This document shows positions 11,638 to 21,585 of a DNA stretch of 62,422 nt, in pieces. The notes below the pieces were generated by a model that did no database searches, was not told the DNA's origin, and was given only the letters and a program-made list of their open reading frames with translations. Origin of the DNA: an uncultured bacterium. Lineage in GTDB: Bacteria; JAGOEH01. Numbering within the stretch: the first letter of the stretch is position 1; the number at the start of each line of letters is the position of its first letter. The stretch is taken from NCBI GenBank assembly GCA_964632485.1, contig CAZWDO010000011.1, positions 62,001 through 124,422 on the forward strand, written 5' to 3'. The position numbers were made by a program, and so were the translations under genes.

Positions 11638-11665
11638 ATTATACGATTTTTTCAAAACATGTCAA
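11638..11665 (-). promoter_or_regulatory. Consensus sigma70 promoter for rsgA
   Basis: Minus strand TTGACA-16 bp-TATAAT. Confidence 0.75.
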
Positions 11666-11924
11666 GAAAAAAATCAATAAAACCTTCCCGAAAATTTTCA
11701 AATAGCGGCACTGCCCAGGAATCTAAATTTATTTCCTGCCTGAGTTGTTTGTCACACTTCGCCTTACTGATAAGGATGCCGATGCCGATTTGCATCTTTA
11801 GTAATCTTAAATATAACCAAAATTTTAATAGAGCGCTGAAATTATAATCCTCGATCATGCGCTATTAGAAAAACTGAGCTTTTGGAAATCAACAGGTATT
11901 GATATTTTTTGAATATTTTTTTTC

Positions 11925-11952
11925 TTGACAACCTGGTAAAAAGTTGTATAAT
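11925..11952 (+). promoter_or_regulatory. Consensus sigma70 promoter for the 12072 gene
   Basis: TTGACA-16 bp-TATAAT. Confidence 0.75.
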
Positions 11953-12071
11953 TCAAATAGTAATCGGTGATCGGCGTTTGCTGACCCCAGAATTCCATAA
12001 TTCGAACGAGAATGGATCATGCCGAGTTTGGATTATTTTACGATTAAACACTTTATAAAGCGAGGTCGTTC

Positions 12072-14009
12072 ATGTATAGATTTTGGTTATTCATACTGTG
12101 CGCTGCCACCATCATCCAGGGACAACCCATCCGAAAATCCTCCGAAACTCCAGTATTTCTTTATGGTCCGACCACAACGTTTTATATCGCGCGGGAAAGC
12201 GATTCCCTACCCGCAGAGGCCTATCAAAATAAAACCCTCCCCGCTAAAATCGGGATTCGCGGGGGAAAATCTAAGGCATATCTGCTGCTCGAAAAAAATC
12301 AGATCATTGAGATCTCCGCCGGTTCGGATATTTTTGTGAATCGGGATTCATTAACCATCATCTTAAAACAGGGCCGACTGATTCTTTATCCCCGCGATAC
12401 GGCCACCGGTGTCCGCTACCGAATTGTGAATGTAAACGGGTCAATCATCAACCTGGGCGGAAACGTGCTCAGTATGGGAATCAATGATTCGCTTTATCAC
12501 ATTCCCGCTCAGGGCGCTTTGTTGTCCCCGGAAGATAAAGCCCCCTCAAAAAAATGGGTTCAAACCACACTCAGAGATAAAGAGTATATCGATGAATTAT
12601 ACAGCCAGGGAAAACTATTTGATCCGCTATTCCCCGTTTCGATTCCCAGCTTAAGACCTAAAAAATTTAAATTTTCCACCCAGCAACTAGCGGGGATGGC
12701 GACTTATGAGGGGCTACGCTACTATCACGCTGGAACTCTGTTGCGATTTCGTTACAGTCAGATGGAATTTGTGTATCTCATCTATTTAGCAGCCTCTAAT
12801 AAGGGAAAATTCTATACTGAAAACTGGAACGAATTGAAGGATTTCATCAGTAATATTTATTATTTTCAACTTTTCAAGCCCGAGGACCCCTGGTTTTTAC
12901 GGCTGGGTATGATTGAAAACCTGAGTTTAGGGCGCGGGTATCTGGTGGACAATTATTCAAACACTGTTGTTTTGCCTTTTGAGCGACTAAATGGCTTTGA
13001 GATTCGCGCCAAATCGACTAATTACAAGTTCAATTTATTTTTCAATGATATTATCAAACCCCGGGTGTTTGGCACTTATTTTTCCTGGCGACATTCGAAA
13101 AAACTAACTTTAGACGTTACATATATCGGTGATATCAATCAATATTCCAATATAAACGATAAGGATGGCGATTCTTATCCCGACATGATCGATCCCAATC
13201 CCAACCAGTTCGATAAACCAATTGATTCGTTGCAGCGTCTTGATAAAATTAAAACCCGGTATTTCCATGCACTTTCTGCCGGCAGTGAGTACGAAGTATT
13301 CAAACTCGATAAAGGCAGCGGCATCATAACTGGTGAAATAGCTGCCTACAGCAATGTCAGCCTGGGCTGTACTTTTCCGAATCTGCTACTGCGCTTCCCC
13401 TGGGTCCAGTTCAGTATCGGTACTGATCTCCAAAGTCCTGATTTCGTAACTTCTATCTTCGATCGCAGTTATGAATACAACAAAGCCCGCTTCATTGAGG
13501 ATGATTCCGGACATCTGGAACTGATCTCACGCGTGAATGAGTTAAATCAAAACAATGGTTGGCTCTATGGCTGGAATAATATGTTTAAATTAAATCTGCC
13601 CGGATATATTGAACTTAGCTCTAAATACCGCCATGTGTTTCGGGGGTCCACCCGGGATAAACTGATTTCATTTTCCATCAAGAATTATTATCCGTTTACT
13701 CCTTACTTAGTTTATACATCATTTTTTATCGAACAGAAAAATTTTAAAACCATGTTCGATCAAAAACGGGATGGAGAGATTTGGGGTTTTGCTATCTCAA
13801 TTAAGCCCCATAAAACTATTATGATCAGCTTGCGTTATCGCGAACAGTTCAGGGATAAAAACGGTGATTCCTTCATTCGATCAGGCGAAGCAAAACGCAA
13901 TTTCGGCTTTAATGTGACCGCTAAACTGGATTATTGGTATAAAAAGTGGAAAAAATCACGCCAAGAAAGGCAACAACTTGATGATGAATTCGAGTCTATC
14001 GAAGAATGA
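12072..14009 (+). CDS. Exported hypothetical protein, probably an outer-membrane beta-barrel with Ca-binding loops
   Basis: Signal peptide; aromatic alternating beta-strands; DKDGDSYPDMIDPNP (TSP3-like) and DKNGD motifs; GAGG RBS. Confidence 0.6.
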   Translation: MYRFWLFILCAATIIQGQPIRKSSETPVFLYGPTTTFYIARESDSLPAEAYQNKTLPAKIGIRGGKSKAYLLLEKNQIIEISAGSDIFVNRDSLTIILKQGRLILYPRDTATGVRYRIVNVNGSIINLGGNVLSMGINDSLYHIPAQGALLSPEDKAPSKKWVQTTLRDKEYIDELYSQGKLFDPLFPVSIPSLRPKKFKFSTQQLAGMATYEGLRYYHAGTLLRFRYSQMEFVYLIYLAASNKGKFYTENWNELKDFISNIYYFQLFKPEDPWFLRLGMIENLSLGRGYLVDNYSNTVVLPFERLNGFEIRAKSTNYKFNLFFNDIIKPRVFGTYFSWRHSKKLTLDVTYIGDINQYSNINDKDGDSYPDMIDPNPNQFDKPIDSLQRLDKIKTRYFHALSAGSEYEVFKLDKGSGIITGEIAAYSNVSLGCTFPNLLLRFPWVQFSIGTDLQSPDFVTSIFDRSYEYNKARFIEDDSGHLELISRVNELNQNNGWLYGWNNMFKLNLPGYIELSSKYRHVFRGSTRDKLISFSIKNYYPFTPYLVYTSFFIEQKNFKTMFDQKRDGEIWGFAISIKPHKTIMISLRYREQFRDKNGDSFIRSGEAKRNFGFNVTAKLDYWYKKWKKSRQERQQLDDEFESIEE

Positions 14010-14072
14010 TTATTTCTCTATACATTTTTAACGATTGATTATAATCTCTTAATTACTACTAAGGAACAAAAC

Positions 14073-15029
14073 ATGGATCAAACCTTCTATCGAATCCTCA
14101 TCATCGATGATGACACAAGCTCAATTCAAAAAATAATATCCAGCCTTCCACCCCATATTTATAAATTTAAGATTATTGATACCTACGAGGAAGCTAACTC
14201 AGTTGCCAATAATTGGATTCCACATATCATCATTCTAAGCGCTCTTCTCCAAAATATTGATCCATTTGATCTCATTATCGAATTCAAAAGCAATAAAAAG
14301 CTGATGAATACCAGCATTATACTGGTTGTCGATACCATCAACCAGGACGATTATTTAAAAGCGATGAGTCTGGGAGTGTTCAAACTTTTAGAAAAACCCC
14401 TGGACGAGACGGTACTAAAAGTGCAGATTAACTCTCTGATCAGCATTCGTGAAGTTCAAATGAAAATCATTAATGAAGTTCTAACCTATCTTAAAAAAAG
14501 TCTTATTGACGATGCCAAAGAAGAAACAAAAAAATTTGTCACACAACGCATTATTGAAAGCTATACACAGCTACCAGACACAATCCGTCAATTAAATAAA
14601 ATTACCGAGGAAACATCATCGTCAGCCATGGAAACGATTTCCCGACTGGATGAAATCGCTCAAATTATTATAGATTCAAAAAAAAACATGGACGACTTAT
14701 CTATCAGTTTCCCCCAATTGAAAGAAGATGAACGCTTTATGGCGCTTTCATCAAATCTGATGAAAATCGATGACAGTTCGTTCGATATCATTAATCTTTT
14801 ACAGTTCCAAGACATCACCACACAGCAGATAAACTATACAAATTCGATCATTTTTAAAGTTCAGCAGCTTCTTAAAGACTTACTGGATTATTACAGTGAA
14901 CAAGTGCTGATTGAAACGCAGCTTCAAATGAACCAGGCATTTGATCCGAATGCTACTATCAAATTCAGCCAACAACGACAGGAAGATATTAACAATATCA
15001 TCACCAATTTTCAGAAACTAACTGAATAA
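14073..15029 (+). CDS. Receiver-like domain fused to CheZ-family phosphatase
   Basis: RILIIDDD...KP receiver fold; CheZ catalytic-type LQFQDITTQQI; short C-terminal helix QEDINNII. Confidence 0.8.
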   Translation: MDQTFYRILIIDDDTSSIQKIISSLPPHIYKFKIIDTYEEANSVANNWIPHIIILSALLQNIDPFDLIIEFKSNKKLMNTSIILVVDTINQDDYLKAMSLGVFKLLEKPLDETVLKVQINSLISIREVQMKIINEVLTYLKKSLIDDAKEETKKFVTQRIIESYTQLPDTIRQLNKITEETSSSAMETISRLDEIAQIIIDSKKNMDDLSISFPQLKEDERFMALSSNLMKIDDSSFDIINLLQFQDITTQQINYTNSIIFKVQQLLKDLLDYYSEQVLIETQLQMNQAFDPNATIKFSQQRQEDINNIITNFQKLTE

Positions 15030-15223
15030 AAATTAACTAAAAATTTACTTGCTTTTTTCCATTTTTTAATTATTTTCAAGTAAATCATTATGAGTCTGCC
15101 TTTAACCATTGATATTCGACATTTTGTCAAAGGTTAGAATCCATGAATTGTCCGTCGATCAGCAGACTGATAACTTGTTAAATTCTGAATGAAACGAAAT
15201 TTTAAACCTTCAAGGAGAAATCA

Positions 15224-16198
15224 GTGTATAAAATCGGTATTGATTTAGGCGGAACTAAAATATATGGCATCATCTCCGACATAAACGGAAAAATAATAAA
15301 CCGGGTCAAAGTCAAGACAGCGGTCAAAGATGGTTATCAAACTATACTGAATCAAATTCAGGAATTAGCTGTTGAACTGACCGATAAAGCTAAGCTTTCC
15401 TTCACAGAAATAGATTCGATTGGTGTTGCGGCGCCATCGGCGATTGATACAAATCAGGGGGTTCTACTGCATGCGCCCAATCTCAACTGGCACCTACTTC
15501 CCATGCGAGACGACCTGTCCCGGTTAATGAAAAAACCGGTATGGTTGGATAATGACGTTAATATGGGTTTATACGGGGAATATCATATTGCCTCCAATAA
15601 AAACTGGAACCAAATATATGGTATTTTTGTCGGCACCGGAGTGGGAGGGGCATATATCAGCCAGGGCGAACTGGTTCGCGGTCATAATTTTACCGCTGGA
15701 GAAATTGGCCACATCACCCTCAAAATTGATGGCCCCTTATGCAATTGTGGACAAAAAGGATGCCTGGAAGCCATCGCCGGGAAAATCGGTATTATTCGTT
15801 ATATCGCCAAAAAAATCGACAAATCCCACCAATCGACACTTTTGGATGAAATATCGCCAACTTGGCGCCAGGGAGTCGGTTCCGGAGCTCTAAAAAAAGC
15901 GTGGTTGGCTAACGATTCACTCACAGTTAAGGCCATGACGCGAGCCGCCAAAGCGCTGGGAATCGCCGCAGCCTCGGTCATTAATCTGATCGGGGTGGAT
16001 GCTATCATCTTTGGAGGTGGCGTTATGGAAGAAATGGGCGATCTTTTAATTCCGACTATCCGGGCATACATGGATCGGCACGCCATGGCCAACGGCTCGC
16101 AAAACGTTGATTTGCATCTCGCTCAATTGGGTGATGACAGTATCGCTCTGGGCGCAGCTCTCTATTCCTCACATTTTTCGGATTTAATATCAAAATGA
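15224..16198 (+). CDS. ROK family sugar kinase (glucokinase-like)
   Basis: IGIDLGGTK, DNDVN, GTGVGG, GEIGH, CNCGQKGCLE; AAGGAG RBS with GTG start. Confidence 0.9.
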   Translation: MYKIGIDLGGTKIYGIISDINGKIINRVKVKTAVKDGYQTILNQIQELAVELTDKAKLSFTEIDSIGVAAPSAIDTNQGVLLHAPNLNWHLLPMRDDLSRLMKKPVWLDNDVNMGLYGEYHIASNKNWNQIYGIFVGTGVGGAYISQGELVRGHNFTAGEIGHITLKIDGPLCNCGQKGCLEAIAGKIGIIRYIAKKIDKSHQSTLLDEISPTWRQGVGSGALKKAWLANDSLTVKAMTRAAKALGIAAASVINLIGVDAIIFGGGVMEEMGDLLIPTIRAYMDRHAMANGSQNVDLHLAQLGDDSIALGAALYSSHFSDLISK

Positions 16199-17731
16199 AC
16201 CGATTGGAAAGACTCGCGGCCATTGATATTGGTTCCGGTGCCATCCGCATGACAATCGCCGAGTACCATGACCAGGATTTTACCATACTGGATGAACTCA
16301 AGCAACCCGTACGTCTGGGTAAGGATACTTTCAGTAAAGGTAAAATCAGTCGTCGAACCATCCAGGACACGATTGATATCATCAACAATTTTAAAAAAAT
16401 CATCCACGAATACCATATCCATAAAATCCGCACGATTGCTACTACCGCAGTCCGTGAGGCCTCTAATCAAGACATTTTTATTGATAACCTACGAATTTTT
16501 TGCGATCTTGAAGTTGAAATACTCTCTTCTCCCCGCATCGCTGCCTATCTTTATCATTCCCTAAAAAATCATTATCCATTTACAAAAAAAAATGAAAAAT
16601 CTGCGGGATGTTTCATCGCTCTCGGCAGCGGCAATCTCTCCCTTAATCTATACGATGATCAATGCCTGTTAACCAGTATCGCCCTGCCTCTTGGAATTCA
16701 GAAGCTCATGGCTCAATTCCAGATACAAGCGCAAGAGGATCAATCACTGCTGGATTTCACGGGCACTTTAATCGAAAATGAACTCCGTGAATACTATTCC
16801 CAAATTGAAGAACATAAAATTGAACAAATGGTTCTCCTGGGCGACGAGTTTGCCGCTATTCAAAGTCAGATTGATAAACGAAGAACTAAAAACCCAATTA
16901 TTCAAATTCGTTCCTGGGAAAAATTCTACCATAAATACCAAAACTACAGTGAACAGGAACTGGTTCATCGCTTAAATATCGATGCGGACCTGGCGGAAAA
17001 CCTATTACCATCCATTTGTATTTTTTTCAGCCTGTGCCGCGCTCTTAAAATCAATTCCGCCTATACTTCAGATACAACCTTGCGCGATGCCATTATTCGG
17101 GAAATGATGTTTCGTACTAATAAAAGCTTTCAGATTAACCGTGAACGGCAGGTGTTAGTCGAAGCCATAGCAATCGGCAAGAAACTCAATTTCGATGAAA
17201 ATCACGCCACACAAGTCCATAAAATTGCCCTGCAAATCTTTGAGCAAACCCGCAAAATCCATCATTTGAATTATCACCACCGACACTATCTGACTTGCGC
17301 GGCTCTATTGCATGACATCGGCGTCGCTATAGCCACCCGCTCTCATCATAAGCATTCCTATTATATCATCATGGCCCAGGATTTTCTGTTTTTCGATGAA
17401 GATGAAAAACGGATCATTGCTAATATTGCCCGCTATCATCGCCGCTCGATCCCGAAATATACTCATGAAAATTATATTGTACTGACCCATGAATATCGCA
17501 TGATCGTCATGAAACTCTCAGCCATACTTCGGATGGCCGATGCTTTGGACAATACCCATCAACAATTGATTGACCACCTCCAAATTNNNNNNNNNNGATT
17601 TTCAAAAAGAAAACAGCTTGATCATTGTTCCGGAACATCACAAAGATATAACGGCTGAAATCAATGCCTTTAATACCAAGAAGGATCTCTTCGAAGAATT
17701 TTTCGGCATTAAAATCAGTATCGTCGAATAA
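16195..17731 (+). CDS. ppx: Ppx/GppA family protein with HD domain, spanning the N gap
   Basis: AAIDIGSGAIR, ATTAVREASN, LLHDIG, ARYHR; after the Ns (17587-17596) the frame from 17597 gives DFQKEN...KKDLFEEFFG...VE* ending 17731. Confidence 0.85.
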
Positions 17732-17745
17732 AAAAGGAACTATAG

Positions 17746-19842
17746 ATGAAGCAAACCGAGTTATTTTTCAATCGCGAACTCAGTTGGTTGGAGTTCAATG
17801 CCCGCGTTTTGGAGGAAGCTCTAAAAGAAACGACGCCGTTACTCGAACGTTTAAAATTCCTGGCTATTTTTGCCAATAACCTGGATGAATTTTTTATGGT
17901 CCGCGTTTCCAGCGTTCTTTCCCAGCTTCAAAGCGGCATGGAAATCAGCGATTTTTCGAGCTATCCTCCCCAAAAGCTTTTGATTCTGCTTAGTCAAAGA
18001 ATCTTGCAATTAGTTAAACAACAATATAATTGCTATACAAAACAGATTTTGCCCCAACTTACCAAACACAACATCCATTTATGGACTGCCGCTGATATTC
18101 CCAAAAAGCATAAGGATGGCCTCGAGGAATTATTTGAGGAACGTACCGGGATGATTCTGACGCCGATGGCTGTCGATTCCTCTCACCCATTCCCGTTTAT
18201 TCCGGGGAAGACAATGCATCTATTAATCAAACTGACTGCCAGAGAAAACCAGCCGCCATTGATGGCTATCATTCCCGTGCCCCAGCAGAATCGTTTTATC
18301 CGCATTCACTCCTTCAAAGAAGAGCATCATTATATTTTTATGGAGGAATACCTAAAATTATTTGTCCATAAACTGTTTGAAGGTTATGAGATTGAAAAAA
18401 TATGCGCCTTCCGCGTGACGCGCGATGCGGAATTGGCGATCGATGAGGAAGAGGTCCGTGATCTTCTGAACGCCATTGAGGCGGAACTGAAAAAGCGGGC
18501 GCGCGGCAATCCCATTCGCCTGGAGCTTGACACATCCGATCCGGAAATAATCGATTTTCTGCGCATCCATCTGGAAATTGATCACGATTTTATATACTCC
18601 CTGTCACGACCATTGAACTTTGCCTCATTTTTCGAACTGATATCGTTGCCCTTCCCCAATGAATTTTATGAAAAACCGTTTCCGCCGATCATACCCATCG
18701 AGTTCAACGACAAGGAGCGTTCGATTTTCGAGATCATCGATGAGCAGGATCGGTTGGTGAACCTGCCTTATGAATCGTTTGCGCCCGTAATCCGCTTAAT
18801 CGAATCAGCGGCCATTGATCCGCAGGTTTTAGCGATAAAACAAACCCTTTACCGCACTTCAGCCGATTCTCCTCTGATTTCCGCCTTGAAGCTGGCGGCT
18901 GAAAATGGGAAGCAGGTAACGGTAGTCGTGGAATTGAAAGCCCGTTTTGATGAAGCTCAAAATATTACTTGGGCCCGTCAACTTGAACAATCCGGTTGTC
19001 ATGTGGTCTATGGTCTTGCCGGATTAAAAACTCATGCCAAAGCCGCCTTAATCGTCCGCGAGGAACCAGACGGCATTAAACGCTATGTTCATCTCTCCAC
19101 TGGCAACTATAACGATAAAACTGCCCGTATCTACACAGATATCGGTTTGTTCACGACTGATGCGCAAATCGCCACGGATACCTCGGCGCTCTTCAATTTC
19201 CTGACCGGTTATTCTTCCCCGCCCCGCTGGCGTAAATTAATAACAGCCCCGCTTGACCTACGCAATTTTTTTCTGGATAAAATCGAAAAAGAAAAAGAAT
19301 ACGCGTTGGAAGGCCGACGCGCCCATATTGTCGCTAAAATGAACGCCCTTGTGGATCCCCAGCTCATCAAAGCCCTCTACGATGCGTCCCGTGCCGGAGT
19401 GACCATTGAACTCTATGTCCGCGGGATTTGTTGCCTGAGACCGGGGGTTCCTCAATTAAGCGAAAATATTAAAGTTTTGAGCATCGTTGACCGATTTCTC
19501 GAACATTCCCGTATTTTCTATTTTTATGATAACGGCCAGGAACATATCTATCTTTCAAGCTCTGACTGGATGATCCGTAATTTTGATCGGCGCGTTGAAC
19601 TCCTTTTCCCCGTGGAAGAACCCATCTTAAAAAAAGAAATAATCGATCAACTGAATCTGCTGCAACAATCAACCGTCAAGTGTCGGCAATTAATGCCCAA
19701 TGGACGTTATCTTCCTAAAAAGAGCATTAAAAAGGCCCAAGCGATCCGTTTTCAAACCAGTCTGTATCAAAAAGAAAAAAAACAAAACCAGCCGGCGAAA
19801 CGCACTTCAGTTAAAGTATTTAAACCGCGTGAACAGGAATAA
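17746..19842 (+). CDS. ppk1: Polyphosphate kinase 1
   Basis: NRELSWLEFNARVL, NLDEFFMVRV, ELKARFDE, LKTHAK, STGNYN, RFLEHSR. Confidence 0.96.
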   Translation: MKQTELFFNRELSWLEFNARVLEEALKETTPLLERLKFLAIFANNLDEFFMVRVSSVLSQLQSGMEISDFSSYPPQKLLILLSQRILQLVKQQYNCYTKQILPQLTKHNIHLWTAADIPKKHKDGLEELFEERTGMILTPMAVDSSHPFPFIPGKTMHLLIKLTARENQPPLMAIIPVPQQNRFIRIHSFKEEHHYIFMEEYLKLFVHKLFEGYEIEKICAFRVTRDAELAIDEEEVRDLLNAIEAELKKRARGNPIRLELDTSDPEIIDFLRIHLEIDHDFIYSLSRPLNFASFFELISLPFPNEFYEKPFPPIIPIEFNDKERSIFEIIDEQDRLVNLPYESFAPVIRLIESAAIDPQVLAIKQTLYRTSADSPLISALKLAAENGKQVTVVVELKARFDEAQNITWARQLEQSGCHVVYGLAGLKTHAKAALIVREEPDGIKRYVHLSTGNYNDKTARIYTDIGLFTTDAQIATDTSALFNFLTGYSSPPRWRKLITAPLDLRNFFLDKIEKEKEYALEGRRAHIVAKMNALVDPQLIKALYDASRAGVTIELYVRGICCLRPGVPQLSENIKVLSIVDRFLEHSRIFYFYDNGQEHIYLSSSDWMIRNFDRRVELLFPVEEPILKKEIIDQLNLLQQSTVKCRQLMPNGRYLPKKSIKKAQAIRFQTSLYQKEKKQNQPAKRTSVKVFKPREQE

Positions 19843-19857
19843 GAGGAGACCCTTAGA

Positions 19858-21585
19858 ATGATTAATCCCTTAATAAAAAGCATTATTGACACAGTCGGCA
19901 GACAAACCGGCGGTTCCCCTGACGAAATTGAATCCATGATTGCCATACCCAAGGAAAGCGATCTGGGAGATTATACACTACCCTGTTTTAAATTCAGTAA
20001 AACATTACGCAAAGCGCCAGCAGTCATCGCGCAGGAACTGGCAAGCTATTTTGAAGAAAACCCTCAATTTAGAAAAGTAGAATCCGTCAATGGCTATCTC
20101 AATTTTTTTGTGGATCGCCGCGCGTTTGTCCAGTATATTATCGAGGTTTATTTGCCTCAAAAAGAGAGTATCGGAAAACTATCAATCGGAACCAATCAAC
20201 GCGTGATTGTTGAATTTTCCTCGCCAAACATCGCCAAACCGTTTGGTGTTGGTCATTTACGTTCTACAGTCATCGGACATGCCCTGGCAAATTTGTACGC
20301 CAACGGCGGCTATGAAGTCATTCGCATCAATCACCTGGGCGATTGGGGAACCCAATTCGGCAAACTGATCACGGCCTTTGAACTCTGGGGAATTGAAAGT
20401 GAATTAGAAAAAAATCCGATTAAACACCTCTATGAGCTTTACGTAAAATTCCATCAAGTGTCAGCGCAGGACAGTTCATTAGAAGATTCAGCGCGGCAAT
20501 GGTTTAAAAAACTTGAGGCTGGCGATTCCCGTGCCCAATCCTATTGGCGCCATTTTCGTGAGCTTTCGTTGCGCGAATTTGAAAAGATATATACCCGCTT
20601 AGGCGTCCATTTTGATCATTATACGGGTGAAGCCTTTTATAGCGATAAAATGGAGGAATGTATCCGGCAAATCGAAGCAAAAGGCATCACCAGCATTTCA
20701 GAGGGCGCCTTAATTGTTGATTTAAACGACCAACAGCTCACACCTTGCCTGCTTCGCAAATCGGATGGCGCCACGCTTTATGCCACCCGTGATCTAAGCG
20801 CCGCGCTCTACCGCTGGGATCAGTACCATTTTGATAAAAACATTTATGTCGTCGGCAGCGCTCAGGCGCTTCATTTTCAGCAATTATTCGCCGTACTGAA
20901 AAAAATGGAATTCCCCTGGGCCGCTCATTGCATTCATATACCCTTTGGAATGATTCTCGGCATTTCCACCCGCAAGGGAACTCTGGTTTTTCTCGAGGAT
21001 GTGCTGGATGAGGCCAGAGACCAGGCTAAAACCATCATCCAGGAAAAACAGGATGAGTTTCCGGCTCTCGACCTCACTGCCGATAAAATTGCCATTTCGG
21101 CAATCATCTTCCAGGATTTGTCGAACAGGCGGATCAAGGATATCGAATTCAACCTGCAGAAAATGATCTCTTTCGACGGAGATACCGGGCCCTACCTGCT
21201 CTATACACTGGTTCGAATACAATCAGTTTTTAAAAAAGTCATGGCTCAACAAGGCAAAACCGGTTCCATCGAAAACGTGATTGATTCCCCGACTTATTTA
21301 CCCGCCTGGGAAGATTTAATCAACGAAGAAGCGTTAGAACTGATCAAACTGATTCCCCGTTTTGAAACAGCGCTGGAAAACGCCATGCAACAAAATGAAC
21401 CCTCCATTCTGGCAAACTATTTAATCGACGTGGGTCATCAGTTCAACCGCTTCTATCATTCCAATCGGGTACTGAGCGGTGAGCAATCGGTTTCGGTTGC
21501 CCGGCTCTACCTATTACGTATTTTATATCACCTTCTGCATAATGGCTTGAGAATATTGGGATTGCAACCGATTGAGCGAATGTAA
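19858..21585 (+). CDS. argS: Arginine--tRNA ligase
   Basis: EFSSPNIAKPFGVGHLRS, GDWGTQFG, KSDGATLYATRD, STRKG, GDTGPYL, C-terminal ERM. Confidence 0.96.
   Translation: MINPLIKSIIDTVGRQTGGSPDEIESMIAIPKESDLGDYTLPCFKFSKTLRKAPAVIAQELASYFEENPQFRKVESVNGYLNFFVDRRAFVQYIIEVYLPQKESIGKLSIGTNQRVIVEFSSPNIAKPFGVGHLRSTVIGHALANLYANGGYEVIRINHLGDWGTQFGKLITAFELWGIESELEKNPIKHLYELYVKFHQVSAQDSSLEDSARQWFKKLEAGDSRAQSYWRHFRELSLREFEKIYTRLGVHFDHYTGEAFYSDKMEECIRQIEAKGITSISEGALIVDLNDQQLTPCLLRKSDGATLYATRDLSAALYRWDQYHFDKNIYVVGSAQALHFQQLFAVLKKMEFPWAAHCIHIPFGMILGISTRKGTLVFLEDVLDEARDQAKTIIQEKQDEFPALDLTADKIAISAIIFQDLSNRRIKDIEFNLQKMISFDGDTGPYLLYTLVRIQSVFKKVMAQQGKTGSIENVIDSPTYLPAWEDLINEEALELIKLIPRFETALENAMQQNEPSILANYLIDVGHQFNRFYHSNRVLSGEQSVSVARLYLLRILYHLLHNGLRILGLQPIERM

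Noticed and set aside
11512-11655. N-terminal extensions in the ORF track (rsgA; also czcA 41207, surA 51130, PPIase 52901, MCP 59869)
   Set aside because: Downstream ATGs have proper RBSs and match family starts.
17587-17596. Apparent ppx frameshift or truncation
   Set aside because: Caused by the 10-N scaffold gap; removing it gives a continuous frame to 17731.
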